Of a DNA stretch of 64,000 nucleotides, positions 37,385 through 49,416 are shown in pieces (the first letter of the stretch is position 1; every line of letters begins with the position of its first letter). Position numbers and translations under genes: made by a program. Source of the DNA: Octopus vulgaris (lineage: Eukaryota). A model generated the notes under the pieces. It searched no databases, was not told the origin of the DNA, and saw only the letters and a program-made list of their open reading frames with translations. The stretch spans positions 104,470,001 to 104,534,000 of the forward strand of contig OX597817.1 in assembly GCA_951406725.2 (NCBI GenBank). Reading direction: 5' to 3'.

Positions 37385-38561
37385 AAACAACATCTATTTT
37401 AATGCACAACACAACATAAATCAGAAGCGAAATAAATTTAAATACTACTAAGCTGTAGCAATATCGTTTCTCTCATTGCTATCTTCACTGTTTGAGAAGA
37501 GTATTAAGAATAATCTCGTTCGAGATTACAAACATCTTCGGCTAGTTTAACATTGTTGTAAACACTAATCCAATTGGTTGAGACGTGACGCGATTTGTCT
37601 CTACCTATTTTCGCGCCACTGATTGACATATGACACGAGTGGTCTCTACTACGTTCACACCGCTGGTTGTCACGTGACGCGATTTGCCTCTGCTTGTTTT
37701 CGCGCCATTTGTTCCAAGCAGTCAATCACAGCTTTTCATTTCTGAAGTTCGTTTGAGCCACATAAACCTTATATAAAGAAGTGTTCTCAGACACTTTTCG
37801 TCTTTGGTTCTAGTCCTTCTCAGGACTAAACCTCTGACCGCACAGAGCATACTCGACCATGTTCCAGTTTGAAAGGCAGGCGACCACCATTATATCAAGA
37901 GAAAAATAACCAAGTAGAATATATAATGAAGACGCAGCAAAAACCAAGCGACAGACACAACTCATCGCCAAACATCGTCTCTATCTATGAAGGTTTAATT
38001 TGTACACAAGACAACTACGGATTCAACTCTAGCGGTTAGGTGAAAATCTCACCACGGGAAAAACGGCTACAGTTAATATATCTGGAAGTATATTCATATC
38101 AAGAGAAAGATAAAACACAACAAGTGATTCAATTAATCTCAACTACGAGACGCAACATCTTAGTATGGAACTCTTACACTCCGTGTACCTCATAAACGGT
38201 AAATCAATTATCTGTCTTGAGTTCTAGTTCTTCTAAGAACTACCTTAAGCTATCTGTTGCTATGTCGATACAAACATCACAAGAAGCCTACTATATTCGC
38301 CGCCTTCACCATCAGGTACTTTTCTATGTCAATCACATTCACCTGATTTGTATATATCTCAAAGAGAAATCTTGTTGTCATTCCACTTGTGTTCTATTGC
38401 CGCTGTATGTATTATATGGTCTGTAATATTTCATTAGGAATATGACCACGTGCGACCGTGTCTCCTACACGATACGACCGCATGTGATCCTATTTCTTAT
38501 AAAGCCTTACTCTACTTTAGGTGAAATACTGAGAATGTTGTGCATAAAATAGATATTGTTT
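37385..38561. mobile_element. TIR-bounded non-autonomous element carrying a CpG-rich promoter-like cassette
   Basis: AAACAACATCTATTTTAATGCACAACA … TGTTGTGCATAAAATAGATATTGTTT (~27-bp imperfect TIRs); a third TIR-like copy at 38844-38867. Superfamily unassigned. Confidence 0.6.
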
Positions 38562-38564
38562 AAC

Positions 38565-38862
38565 TAATGATGAGCTAGCACATATATACAAACTAAGCTA
38601 TCCACCTCAGTACTAGCTGAATTTGTGGCTGCTTTATATCAAAGATGAATGCTCCATGCTATTGATTAAGGAAGGAAGCCAAGTATGACTTCTCTGAGGA
38701 GCATTCAACAAACCTTGAAACAGTTGATCAAAACTAACTTTTTCTTCCACAATCTGTAACATAGAAAGAATATGTTCACATATTTCACTGAAGGCACGGT
38801 TTTGAAATATTTAAATTTATTCCAGTTCTTTTAATTTATGCTGTGTTGTGCATAAAATAGAT

Positions 38863-38910
<48 letters not shown>

Positions 38911-39225
38911 TATATGATAGCCTTCTGCACAGTTTCAATCTAGCAAATTCTGCTCACAAGGCATTGGAATAAATTTAAATATTTCAAAACTGTGCCTTAA
39001 ATGAAATATGTGAACACATTCTTTCTATGTTGCAGCTGTGGAAGAAAAAGATAGTCTTTTGATTGACTGTTTCAAGGTTTGTTGAATGCTCCTCAGAGAA
39101 GTCATACTTGGCTTCCTTCCTTAATCAATAGCATAGAGCATTCATCTTTGATATAAAGCAGCCACAAATTCAGCTAGTACTGAGGTGGATAGCTTAGTTT
39201 GTATATATGTGCTAGCTCATCATTA
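38565..39225. repeat. Long inverted repeat: arms 38565-38824 and 38965-39225, 140-nt spacer
   Basis: Base-by-base comparison gives one mismatch in the outer ~160 bp and more in the inner ~100 bp. Confidence 0.95.
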
Positions 39226-39505
39226 TGGTAGTAGACACTTGCCCAAGGTCCTATGGCATTGGATTGAATCTGAAACCACATGGTAGCAAAACACAGCTAT
39301 GCTTGTACCCATCTCTGTCAGAAGAACCATATAATGGATCCTTAGATAAAAATGGAGTTAATGTAGCTGATACCAGATATGATGTAGCTAATATGCCTAT
39401 GCATAATGTAGAAACAAATTAGCTGAAAGTAAATTTTTTAAAAGTCTTGTTTTTGTTGATATTTCATTTTTGAAAATATCCTGTTTTCTTTTTTCTCTGT
39501 TTTAG

Positions 39506-39562
39506 TACTTCCTTCGTAACAGTATTCCTTTTGACCCTGAATATGTCTTTCATGATGTCCGA
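39506..39562 (+). CDS. NT5DC3: NT5DC3-like exon 7
   Basis: tttag…|gtaagt; YFLRNSIPFDPEYVFHDVR. Confidence 0.93.
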
Positions 39563-39806
39563 GTAAGTACTTTTGAATATCTCTTTAGCTTTGACTGACT
39601 TTTATAATTTGATTTCTTTTGTTTGCTTTTCTTTACCCCCACCCTTTTTCTTTCCTTTCTTATCTCACTTTTTTTCTATTTCTTTGTATAATATAGCTTA
39701 TCAATTTTGCCACGTTTCAAATATGGCGTCTTTAAAGAATTTAGCTTTGACAGTTTTTCACAAAACTGTACTGAGCTGGAAAATAACAGTCTCACTTTCT
39801 TGTTGC

Positions 39807-39941
39807 AATTTGACATATCTATCTTAAATATATATTTATAACTATATATAAATATTTGCATAAATACTTTCTTGTTGCAAGTATTTATGCAAATATTTAT
39901 ATATAGTTATAAATATATTTTTAAGATAGATATGTCAAATT
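39807..39941. repeat. ~63-bp near-perfect palindrome, 9-nt loop
   Basis: AATTTGACATATCTATCTTAA…CATAAATACTT tcttgttgc AAGTATTTATG…TTAAGATAGATATGTCAAATT; one mismatch. Confidence 0.95.
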
Positions 39942-41044
39942 TCTGTTGGTAAAAAAATGAACTTAAAATGTTGTTTGAAAATCTTCAGTTTAGACCAGAT
40001 CTGTTCAGGCATTCACTCTTGACAAGCATCCAAAGTTATTTACTGAAAATTACTAGAATTACTTATGTCCAGACTCTGAATTTTGCTTTGTAAATTCAAA
40101 GTGGGTGTTGGTATTAGTAGAAGGGAGCTTTGTTAGAATTTGTTTATTTCAGGTAATGACAGTAACATAAATAAAGATTCTCTTTGGTAACATTTGACTG
40201 CATTTGAATCAGGAAAGAAGAGTCATAGATGGAAGAGAGCTGTCAGCTCATTCATACTTCCAGTTACAGACCTAATTCCAGTAACAGATCTTGGCAATGA
40301 CATTTTGGAGAAGGATTATGTCATTCTTGTGTGAATTTCTATGTAGATGAAGGAACACATATTTATGCCAATAAATGGTGAAGCCAGAATTTAGAATGTA
40401 GAAGTGCAAAGATGAAATGCCAAATGATCGACCTGCATGGCTAAAACTGTACCACCATGCTTGAATAAATGGGTGGTATTGTTACGTGTGTGTGTGTGTG
40501 TGAGTTCATTTTTACAAGGAAAAAGTTCAGTCATTAGCTTCGATGAAGCCAACAACCAACAAAACTACTAAGTCACTGTCAAATTTTTCCTTATAAAAAT
40601 GAATGTAATATTTTACTTACATGTTTGGTATGAGCCTTCAATTAATGGTTGACTCTTTTTATACATAATTATATATAAAAACAAATATTATATTTTACAC
40701 ATTGCAAACATCTGATATAGAACTCAATACTTTAGTAGTGAACCAATTAAATTGGGATTTTGTATTTATTCCATATATATTCAACCAAAGATGACATGAA
40801 AAGGGTTAAATATGCATTAGGAACATAATCCAGTCAAGCTAATCTATGTCCCATCCTTTATACAAAGTAGCACCATTTTCATGCATAGAAATTATCATCC
40901 ATTATTGCTGGAGTTGTTTATAACAGAAGAAAGTTATTTGAAAAGATAACCCCTTGACTGGCTTTTTCTTTGGTAATTATTGTGAGGTTTGGTTAGGATA
41001 ACTAAAACCATTCTTACTGCTTCATTTTGCCCATTCTCTTATAG

Positions 41045-41105
41045 TCTGCAGTACAAGACATTCACTTATCTGGTCAGCTACATCAAGAAATCATGTCTAA
41101 TATTG
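41045..41105 (+). CDS. NT5DC3: NT5DC3-like exon 8
   Basis: atag…G|gtgagt; SAVQDIHLSGQLHQEIMSNI. Confidence 0.9.
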
Positions 41106-41621
41106 GTGAGTTTCATTCTATTCTTCACATATAAACTTTACTAAATTCTGTTCAAGCTTATAAAAGAGCATCTATATGATCACACAACTTGCTAGATGTA
41201 GCAGCTAAATTTCCTTCAACTGAAACCTTAGTTTTCTTGAAAAAGAAGTGATATATTAGATAATGTAGTTAGGCATACAATGCTTGAAAGGACAAGATTA
41301 TTGCATCTAACTTGCAGCTAAACAGCTGCTAATAAGTAAATCTTAATTCTGAGTAGATAAAACTATTTTTTTTTATATTTCCATTGTTAAATTGTTTTTA
41401 ATAATTTTATTTCTTCTTATCGAGTACGTCTGCAAAAACAACACTTGTTTGTTATTTGCAGCATAAAAATAAAATCTTTTGGAAAATTGTAATTTTGAAA
41501 TATTTTGAAGAACATACTATTTAGTAGTAATTAATACTTAGAAGGCCAGTCTGTTTAGACCCAGGTAAACAACAACCTACCCTGGTTTAGTAGACAGTCT
41601 ATGTTCCATGTTGTTCAAACT

Positions 41622-41815
41622 ATCTTTTATCTTTTACTTGTTTCAGTCAATAGACTGTGGCCATACTGGGGCACTGCCTTGAAGAATTTTTAGTCATAGG
41701 AATCAACCCCAGTAATTTTCTTTTAAAGTCTGGTACTTATCCTATTGATCTCTTTTGCCAAACTGCTAAGTTACTTGGGTGTAAACACCTAATACCAGTT
41801 GTTAAGCTGTGTGGA

Positions 41816-41858
<43 letters not shown>

Positions 41859-42010
41859 CTTGACAGACTTCTTTCAAATCCAAATCCACTCATGTGGCTT
41901 AGGTTAGCCTGAGGCTATGGCAGAAGACACTTGTCCAAAGTGCCACGCAATGGGACTGAACCTGGAACCATATGATCGGAATGCAAGCTTCTTACTACAC
42001 AGCCACGCCT
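41622..42010 (-). mobile_element. tRNA/CORE-type SINE, full length
   Basis: Reverse complement of the family at 43152-43588. Confidence 0.8.
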
Positions 42011-43126
42011 CACTTATGGCTATTACATATTTACATAACCCACAATGTATGTAGGACCGTATTATCCAATGTCTGCTTCCCTTTTTAAGCTGGTAAACTA
42101 TAATTTTGTGGGAGATTTGACTGCTATTTCCCTTGTTGCTAACTACTGTTATTATTTACTTTATGGTCAACTGTGTTTCAGCACATCTATGATCAAAGAG
42201 TGTTCCAACCATGATCATTCCATAGTGTACCTATGGCTACAGTATCCTGTGTATCTTTCATTTTTAAGATTCTTGGGTGTGAGTTGATGGGAAATTGGTG
42301 TTATTTGTACCAGGTCAAGTAACCATGTAAACACTTCTTAATTTATTCAAGAATGTAGAAGATTACTGTTTAACTGCAGTTCAGTCACAATCCATCAAAA
42401 CTACTCCTGTTGTGATCATCCCTTCATTCAGTGAATCTAGGACCATAATATCCAATGTGTCCATCCATTTTTAAAATGATTTAAGGATACTTGACTGCCA
42501 TTTGTAGCAAGTAGAGCAGCCTTTTGGGAGCTCTCAGTTTTTGTCACACTGTGTTTTAGCGAGCAATATGTAACAGGATAATAATAGATTCTGATTGAAA
42601 TAACTAAATTCTTCATCATCATCATCCATCATCATCATCATCCTCATCACCACCTCCACCATTGTGTTTATTTCTACTTTTTCCATGCAGGCATGGATTA
42701 GATGAGACTTCTTAAGACTATTCTACTGCTAGATTCTTTTCTTGATAGAAACCCTAACATTTTTTTCTTTCTTAATATTGAACTTTACTCTACATCTTTT
42801 TACATCAAATTGTTGAACTGCCCAACTTTTTGTTTATATGAGACTATCCAAAATGGCATCAAAACAAAGATGTGCAGAGCTAAACACACACATGCATCTG
42901 TACATGCATACACACACACGCACACATTCATGTGTACATGCATACACACTCATGTCCTAAGACAGGCTTCTTACAATTTCCATCTCCTAAATTTAATTCC
43001 CAAGGCATTGGTCAACCTCAAAGGCTGCAGTTGATGTCACCTAGCCAAAGTGCCACATTGAGATGTCTTGATATAATGTCACTAAAACTATTCCTGCTAT
43101 TTTAATATCTGACAACTTGAAGACAG

Positions 43127-43305
43127 TGAACTGGCAGAATCATTAGCATGCCAGGAGTGGTTATATGGTAAGTAGCTTACCAACCACATGGTTCCGGGTT
43201 CAGTCCCACTGCGTGGCACCTTGAGCAAGTGTCTTCTACTATAGCTTCGGGCCAACCAAAACTTTGTGAGTGGATTTGGTAGACGGAAACTAAAAGAAGC
43301 CTGTC

Positions 43306-43343
<38 letters not shown>

Positions 43344-43348
43344 GTATG

Positions 43349-43387
<39 letters not shown>

Positions 43388-43778
43388 TTGTGTTTGTCCC
43401 CCCAACATCACTTGACAACCGATGCTGGTGTATTTACGTCCCCGTAACTTAGCGGTTTGGCAAAAGAGACCGATAGAATAAGTACTAGGCTTACAAAGAA
43501 TAAGTCCTCGGGTCGATTTGCTCAATAAAGGCAGTGCTCCAGCATGGCCACAGTCAAATGACTGAAACAAGTAAAAGAATAAAAGAGTATGCCAGGCAAA
43601 ATGTTTAGTAGCATTTCATCCAACTTCATGTTCTGAATTCAAATGCTGCTGAGATCAACTTTGCCTCTCATCCTTTCAGGGTCGATAAAATAAGTAACAG
43701 TTGAACACTGGGGTCAATGTAATCAACTTCTCCCCATCTCCCAAAATTACTGGCCTTGTGCTAAAATTTGAAACTGAT
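43127..43778 (+). mobile_element. Second tRNA-SINE family (…TCATCCTTTCAGGGTCGATAAAATAAGT…) with a CORE-type SINE nested at 43152-43588
   Basis: The host SINE is split after CATTAGCATGCC and resumes at ATGCCAGGCAAAATG; ATGCCAGG is duplicated at 43148 and 43589. Confidence 0.8.
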
Positions 43779-44287
43779 ATTTGACAACTTGATTGCTGAT
43801 GTCTGGATAAGAGAGCAACCTCATTTCCATTAACTATGAGAGACTACAAGGTGTATGCTTCTTCTCTCTTTCTCTTCACAAAGAAAATAAAGAAACAAAC
43901 AAAGCAGTTAATATTAAGATGAATTAAGTTAGCACATAGGTGTGGCTGTCTTTGGGAAACAAGCATAAATATTTAAGATAAACTTATGAAAATACTTTGG
44001 ACAGGAGAAGGGTTAATGAGTGGTTATGAATTCCAAATTATGTTATTTTCATGATTTATTATTATTATTATTTTGTTTTTCTACATTTTTTTCTTGTATT
44101 AGTCTCCAGTAGAAATGGAAAACATGTTCCTGTTAATGATAATATATAAAAAAATTCTTTCTTTTAATTTCATTATTTTTCCACAATTTTATGAAGAAAT
44201 TTATAATTATTTGTTAAAGTGTAGTTTATAATTTGCATTTTTAAAATTTTACCAATTTTAATGAATTTTATATTTTTTCAATTTTAG

Positions 44288-44390
44288 GAAAATATTTAGT
44301 TAAAGGCCCTGAAGTGTTGATGTTGTTACAACGATTAACAGAAGCTAACAAAAAATTATTTCTTATTACAAACAGCGGCTTTCCTTTTGT
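44288..44390 (+). CDS. NT5DC3: NT5DC3-like exon 9 (HAD motif II, ITNS)
   Basis: tttag…GT|gtgagt; GKYLVKGPEVLMLLQRLTEANKKLFLITNSGFPFV. Confidence 0.95.
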
Positions 44391-44508
44391 GTGAGTTTGT
44401 TATTATACTTAATATTAATAGCTTAATTTATCTAACTACATTTAAAATATGGATATTTTCTGTGTAGCTTTCAGTTTTGCTAATTACAACTAAACATTTT
44501 TCTATTAG

Positions 44509-44610
44509 AGATGCTGGCATGCGCTATATTGTTGGTCCTGATTGGCAAAGTCTTTTTGATGTTGTCATCACCAATGCAAGGAAGCCAAAATTCTTTAATG
44601 AAGCCACAAG
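44509..44610 (+). CDS. NT5DC3: NT5DC3-like exon 10 (motif III Lys)
   Basis: attag…AG|gtaaga; DAGMRYIVGPDWQSLFDVVITNARKPKFFNEAT. Confidence 0.95.
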
Positions 44611-44654
44611 GTAAGATTTCTTCAGTGTATTTGCTATACTCTTTCTTTCTACTA

Positions 44655-45042
44655 TAGGCACAAAGCCTGAAATTTTGGGGAGGAGGTCTAGTACTTTATT
44701 TTATCGACCTATCCTCCCCCCCCATAAAAAAAAAGATGAAGAGCCAAGGAGACCATGGCAGAATTTGAACTCAGAACATAAAGATGGATTAACTGCTGCT
44801 TAGCATTTTGTCTGGCATGCTAATGATTGTGCCAGCTCACAGCCTTCAAGCATATTGGTTTCAAATTTTGGAACAAGGCCAGCAATTCAAATTTTGGCAC
44901 AAGACCAAAGGGGAGGATAAGTTGATTCCATCATCACCAGTGTTCAACTGGTACTTATTTTATCAACTTCAAAAGAATGAAAGGTAAAGTTGACCTTGGT
45001 GAAATCTGAACTCAGAACATAAAGACAGATGAAATGCTACTG
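44655..45042 (-). mobile_element. Two tandem copies of the second tRNA-SINE family
   Basis: Both contain …GAACTCAGAACATAAAG… and …TTATTTTATC(G/A)AC…, antisense to 43590-43778. Confidence 0.7.
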
Positions 45043-48000
45043 CCTTTTTATCACATTCAAGTATATTTAATGTAATCCTACTACATTGTTAATGTTATAA
45101 TCCTCTGTTGGACTGTTGTAACACCCACTCTAGTATAGCAGTATAGTTAGTTAGACAAGTAAAGACATGACTATCTATCATGTCTTTACAACTGACCTTT
45201 GGCTGACACTCTTTCAACTTCCTATGTCACAGTGTTTGTAACAACTAGCACATACCACTTATCATGTAGGAAGAGTGTCCCTTCATTTCTATTATTCCCA
45301 CAATATCTCTCCTTTTAAATTTTTCGCTTTTTTCTTAGGGAGTGTAATTTTATTTCTTTTATTAGTAACAATTTTTACATCAACCCACCTCCCTTTTTGT
45401 GTTTTTTTTTTTCATGCAGTTACACATTTAATACTTTTTTCATTTGGCATCTACTTGCAGGAATTCCGTACATTTTCTTTTTCTTTTGCTTGTGCATCTG
45501 GGTTCAATTATTTGTAGTGGCGTTGGAGTTGAAATGTATTATATAACCATTTCACTGTTTCTTCCATTCTCTGGGGTTCACTCTCAACAAATCCTTTTTT
45601 CGTTGATTTATGTATCTCTTGTATACTCCTTTTCTTCCTTTTATCAAAAATAGCATTTTTCCTATGCATTTGGTAATCACACCATCTTCCCAATTTTGTT
45701 TTCTGTATGCCCTAACAAATACATTTTCACCAATTTTGAAATATCTTGCTGTATCATCCATTGCAATTTTTCTTTTCTTACCAGATAGCAAATTGTTGAA
45801 GACTGATTTTATTTTCTTCACAAGCATCAGCTCTGCTGGTGACATACCTGCTGGTATATTTGGATTTGGTTTCACACAGTATACTCTTAAGAATTGTTGT
45901 AGAGCTACCTCATCCATGACTTCCTTATTTGACTTTCTTAGGGCTCTCATGAACATATTGACAAAGTGTTCTGCTTGTCTGTTAGATCTGGGGTGGTATT
46001 GGTATAGCATTATAGCTACATGTTCTACAGCAAATTCTTACAAAACTTTTAAACTCAAAAGACACAAATTGTGTTCCATTGTCAAACACTATCGTGTCTA
46101 AGACATCAAATCTCGCAAACAGGTCATGTAGAAAATTTGTTGCAGTTGAGGAGGTTGGCTTTTTACACTTACACATTTCTGGCCATTTAGAGAAACATAT
46201 ACTACCACTAAGTAGTATGAAATGTTTAAGGGACCAGCAAAATCGATGTGTAGTCTCAACCATGGAACATTTACTTTTGGCCAAGGTTCATATTTTATCA
46301 TCGGTAATTTTGCTGCTAGAGTGCATCCTCTGCAGCCTCTCACTAATTTTTTTATTTCTCTGTCCATTTTTGGTCAGTACACATAACTATGCATTAAAGC
46401 TTTCATCCTCGAAATATCTGGATGTCCAATGTGGAATTCCCTCAACATTTTCTTTTGCAATGCTTCAGATATTACTACTCTCTGTGCATACATCAGTACG
46501 CCATCACAAATTATGTATAGGTTCACATCTTGGTTTTGTTTCGCACCAATCCTGTTTCTCTTTACTTTTCCTGTCCACAGTATGCTTTTCAACTGTGTTA
46601 TGAATTTGTCCTTTTCCACATTTCATTTTATGCCTTCAAGGGTCACCAGTAATTTTTGTACCATTTTCCACATTACATTTTTTATTTCTCTTTCTGACCT
46701 TAATGCTGCAATTACTGTATCTTTGAATGGCTCGCCATGTTTCGGTATCGGTCTGGACAAACCATCTGCATGCCCTAGTTTTTTTTATGGTAAAAATTCC
46801 ATTTTGTAATCATAATTCAATAATGTAGTGCCTCATTGCTGTAGTCTATTCACTGTGTGTGTTGGTATTCCTTTTTTAAAACCATATATTGACAGTACTG
46901 GGCAATGATTTGTAAACAGAAACTTTTTCCATGAATATATCAGTGAAATTTTTTCATACCAAATGTGATTGCTAATGCTTCCTTTTCTATTTGGCTGGTA
47001 ATAATGATCATGACACATTGTCATATTTTTACTCCCATCATCATATTTGTGCAGGCGCACTGCTCCTACACCATAATCACTCACATCTGTAGCCAATATA
47101 ATATCTAACTTCAGTTCAAAATGCGTTAATAATAAGATCTATGTTAAAATGTTTTTTAATTTGTCAAATGCCTTCTGGCACTTATCAGTCCAGCACTATT
47201 TTGCATTTTTCTTTAACAAATCATTTAGCAGGGTCCTTACATAGTGTATATTGGGAATGTAAATTTGATAGTAATTTACTAAACCCAAGAATGCTTGTAG
47301 CATAATCGTATTATTCAGTGTGGGCATATTTTTTATAGCAGTTGCTCTGGCTGGATCTAGTTTGCATCTGTTTTTATCTATTATCTGGCCTAAGTATTTA
47401 ATTTTTTTCAGAAAGAACTTGCATTTTTCTTCACTTAACTTAGAACCATATTCTCTTATCTTTTTGAATACACTTTTTACATATTCTACATGTTGTTAGT
47501 GTGATTCACTTTTTATTAGGATATCAACTAAATAGGCAATAGCAAATTCACAGTTACCCAGCACTGTATCTATCACTTGCTGAAATATGTAAGGAGCCAC
47601 TTTTACACTGAAGGGAAGCCACTTAAATTTAAATAAGTCATGGTGTGTATTAATGGCTGATAAGTGTGAACACTCTTCTTCTACATGGATTTGTAGACAT
47701 GCCTCCAAGAGGTCTACTTTTGAGAAGAGTTTCCTCCATTCAATTTTGTGAACACTTCCTCAGGACTTGGCAATGGGTAGTTAAGTGAGATTAAGCAATC
47801 AGTCAATCCTGTTGAAAAATCTGCACAAACTCTTAACTTATTATTTTTCTTTTTTACATAGACCGTAGATGCTGCCCAATCCAAGTGGTCCATCTTCCTG
47901 ATTATTCCTAGGCTTTCAAGTTTTTCAAGTTCCTTAGTGCTGCGAGTGGTACCTTCTGTTTTGGCTTAAATATAGGTGTTGCACTTGATTTAACTACAAT

Positions 48001-48886
48001 TTTTCCTTCGTTTTCATGTAGCAGCCCAGTTCATATGAGAAAACATCTGGAAATAAATGTTTTATTCTTCATTTCAATCCCTCAGCTGCATTCGGACTTT
48101 TGACTGAACCGTCTATATTCCCACACAAAACACTTATGAGCATATTCCACAATTTGAACAGTTCCATCCACTCTGTACCGAATAGATTTGCTAAATTTTT
48201 TAACACATATACTTTTGCCTTTTTCATTTGGTTATGAAATGTCACATTACACACAAATTCACCTACAAAATACAATCTTTTACCCATAACACCTTGTGTT
48301 ACTTTTGTAGATTTACTTAATTTTGGCTTACTTCCAAGTTTCTTCATTCACAATGGTAATATCACTTCCAGTGTCTAACTGCATTTTTAATCTTACATTT
48401 TCATTTTTCACATTTACAAATTTCCTCTTTGTTACATTACCATTTTCTTTCAACGATATCTTGTTTATTCGTTTGTCTTTGTTCCAATGTTTTGTCATCT
48501 TGGTTTTACAGTACGCTTTTACATGTCCAATTTTTCCACAATGGAAACATTCTGCTTTCTTAAATAGGCAGTTTTCTCTCAGGTGTAGACCTGCACATGC
48601 AAGACATGGGTTTGTTTCCTGATTTTTGTCCTGTTTGTACTGTATTTTAGTACACACTTGATTTCTACTCTGCTTGTTTTGTATTTTCCGACACTCATGT
48701 TTCACTTGGGAGAAATCTTTATGTTCAATTTTCACTGTGTCATGTCTTAAATTTACTATTCTTTCACACTTTTCTGACACTTGTTGTAAGGTTACAGCTT
48801 GGTTTTGTTCCAGCTTAGCGAGAATTCTTGTTATTACTTCTGCGTCTTTTTCTGCAATTAGTCCCTGAGAAATTTCAGGCACTTAA

Positions 48887-49106
48887 CCCTTTAGTGTTTA
48901 AACTGGCCATATCCGGCCAAAGTTTTCTACCAGTTTTATGTTTAAACTGACCAGATCAGGGCTCTCACACCTAATCTACATTGACATTCTAAAAATGAAC
49001 AATCACGTCATTGAAACCTCAAAGCTATAAGATAATGTATGATTAATTAAAAATAATTTAAGTAAAAAAATATTACATTTAACAGAGTAATCTGAAAACT
49101 AAAGGG
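48887..49106. mobile_element. piggyBac-type MITE nested in the Gypsy gag
   Basis: TTAA|CCCTTTAGTGTTTA … TGAAAACTAAAGGG|TTAA: TTAA duplication and CCC-start TIRs. Confidence 0.85.
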
Positions 49107-49271
49107 TTAAACATACCTGGCATTAATATGTCCAGTTTGAACTTTTCAGTGTCTGTTAACTCTACCAGCATATGTGATGTAGTCCTCCTCGTTGTTCTTT
49201 TCTAGGTTCAAACATTTCCAAAGTGTATTGAACAGCAAGCTTTTCTCACTAAAACTTTTTGCACAGTAATG

Positions 49272-49416
49272 TATTTTAAAAAATTTTACACAATATTGTA
49301 TTTTTTAAAATTTTACACAATATTGTGTTTTTTAAAATTTTAAACAATATTGTATTTTTTAAAATTTTACTCAATATTGTATTTAAAAAAAATTTACTCA
49401 GTATTGTATTTTTAAA
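49272..49416. repeat. 27-bp minisatellite (~5 copies) within the Gypsy gag
   Basis: Unit approximately TTTTTTAAAATTTTACACAATATTGTA; translates as repeated KILKNTILC. Confidence 0.85.
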
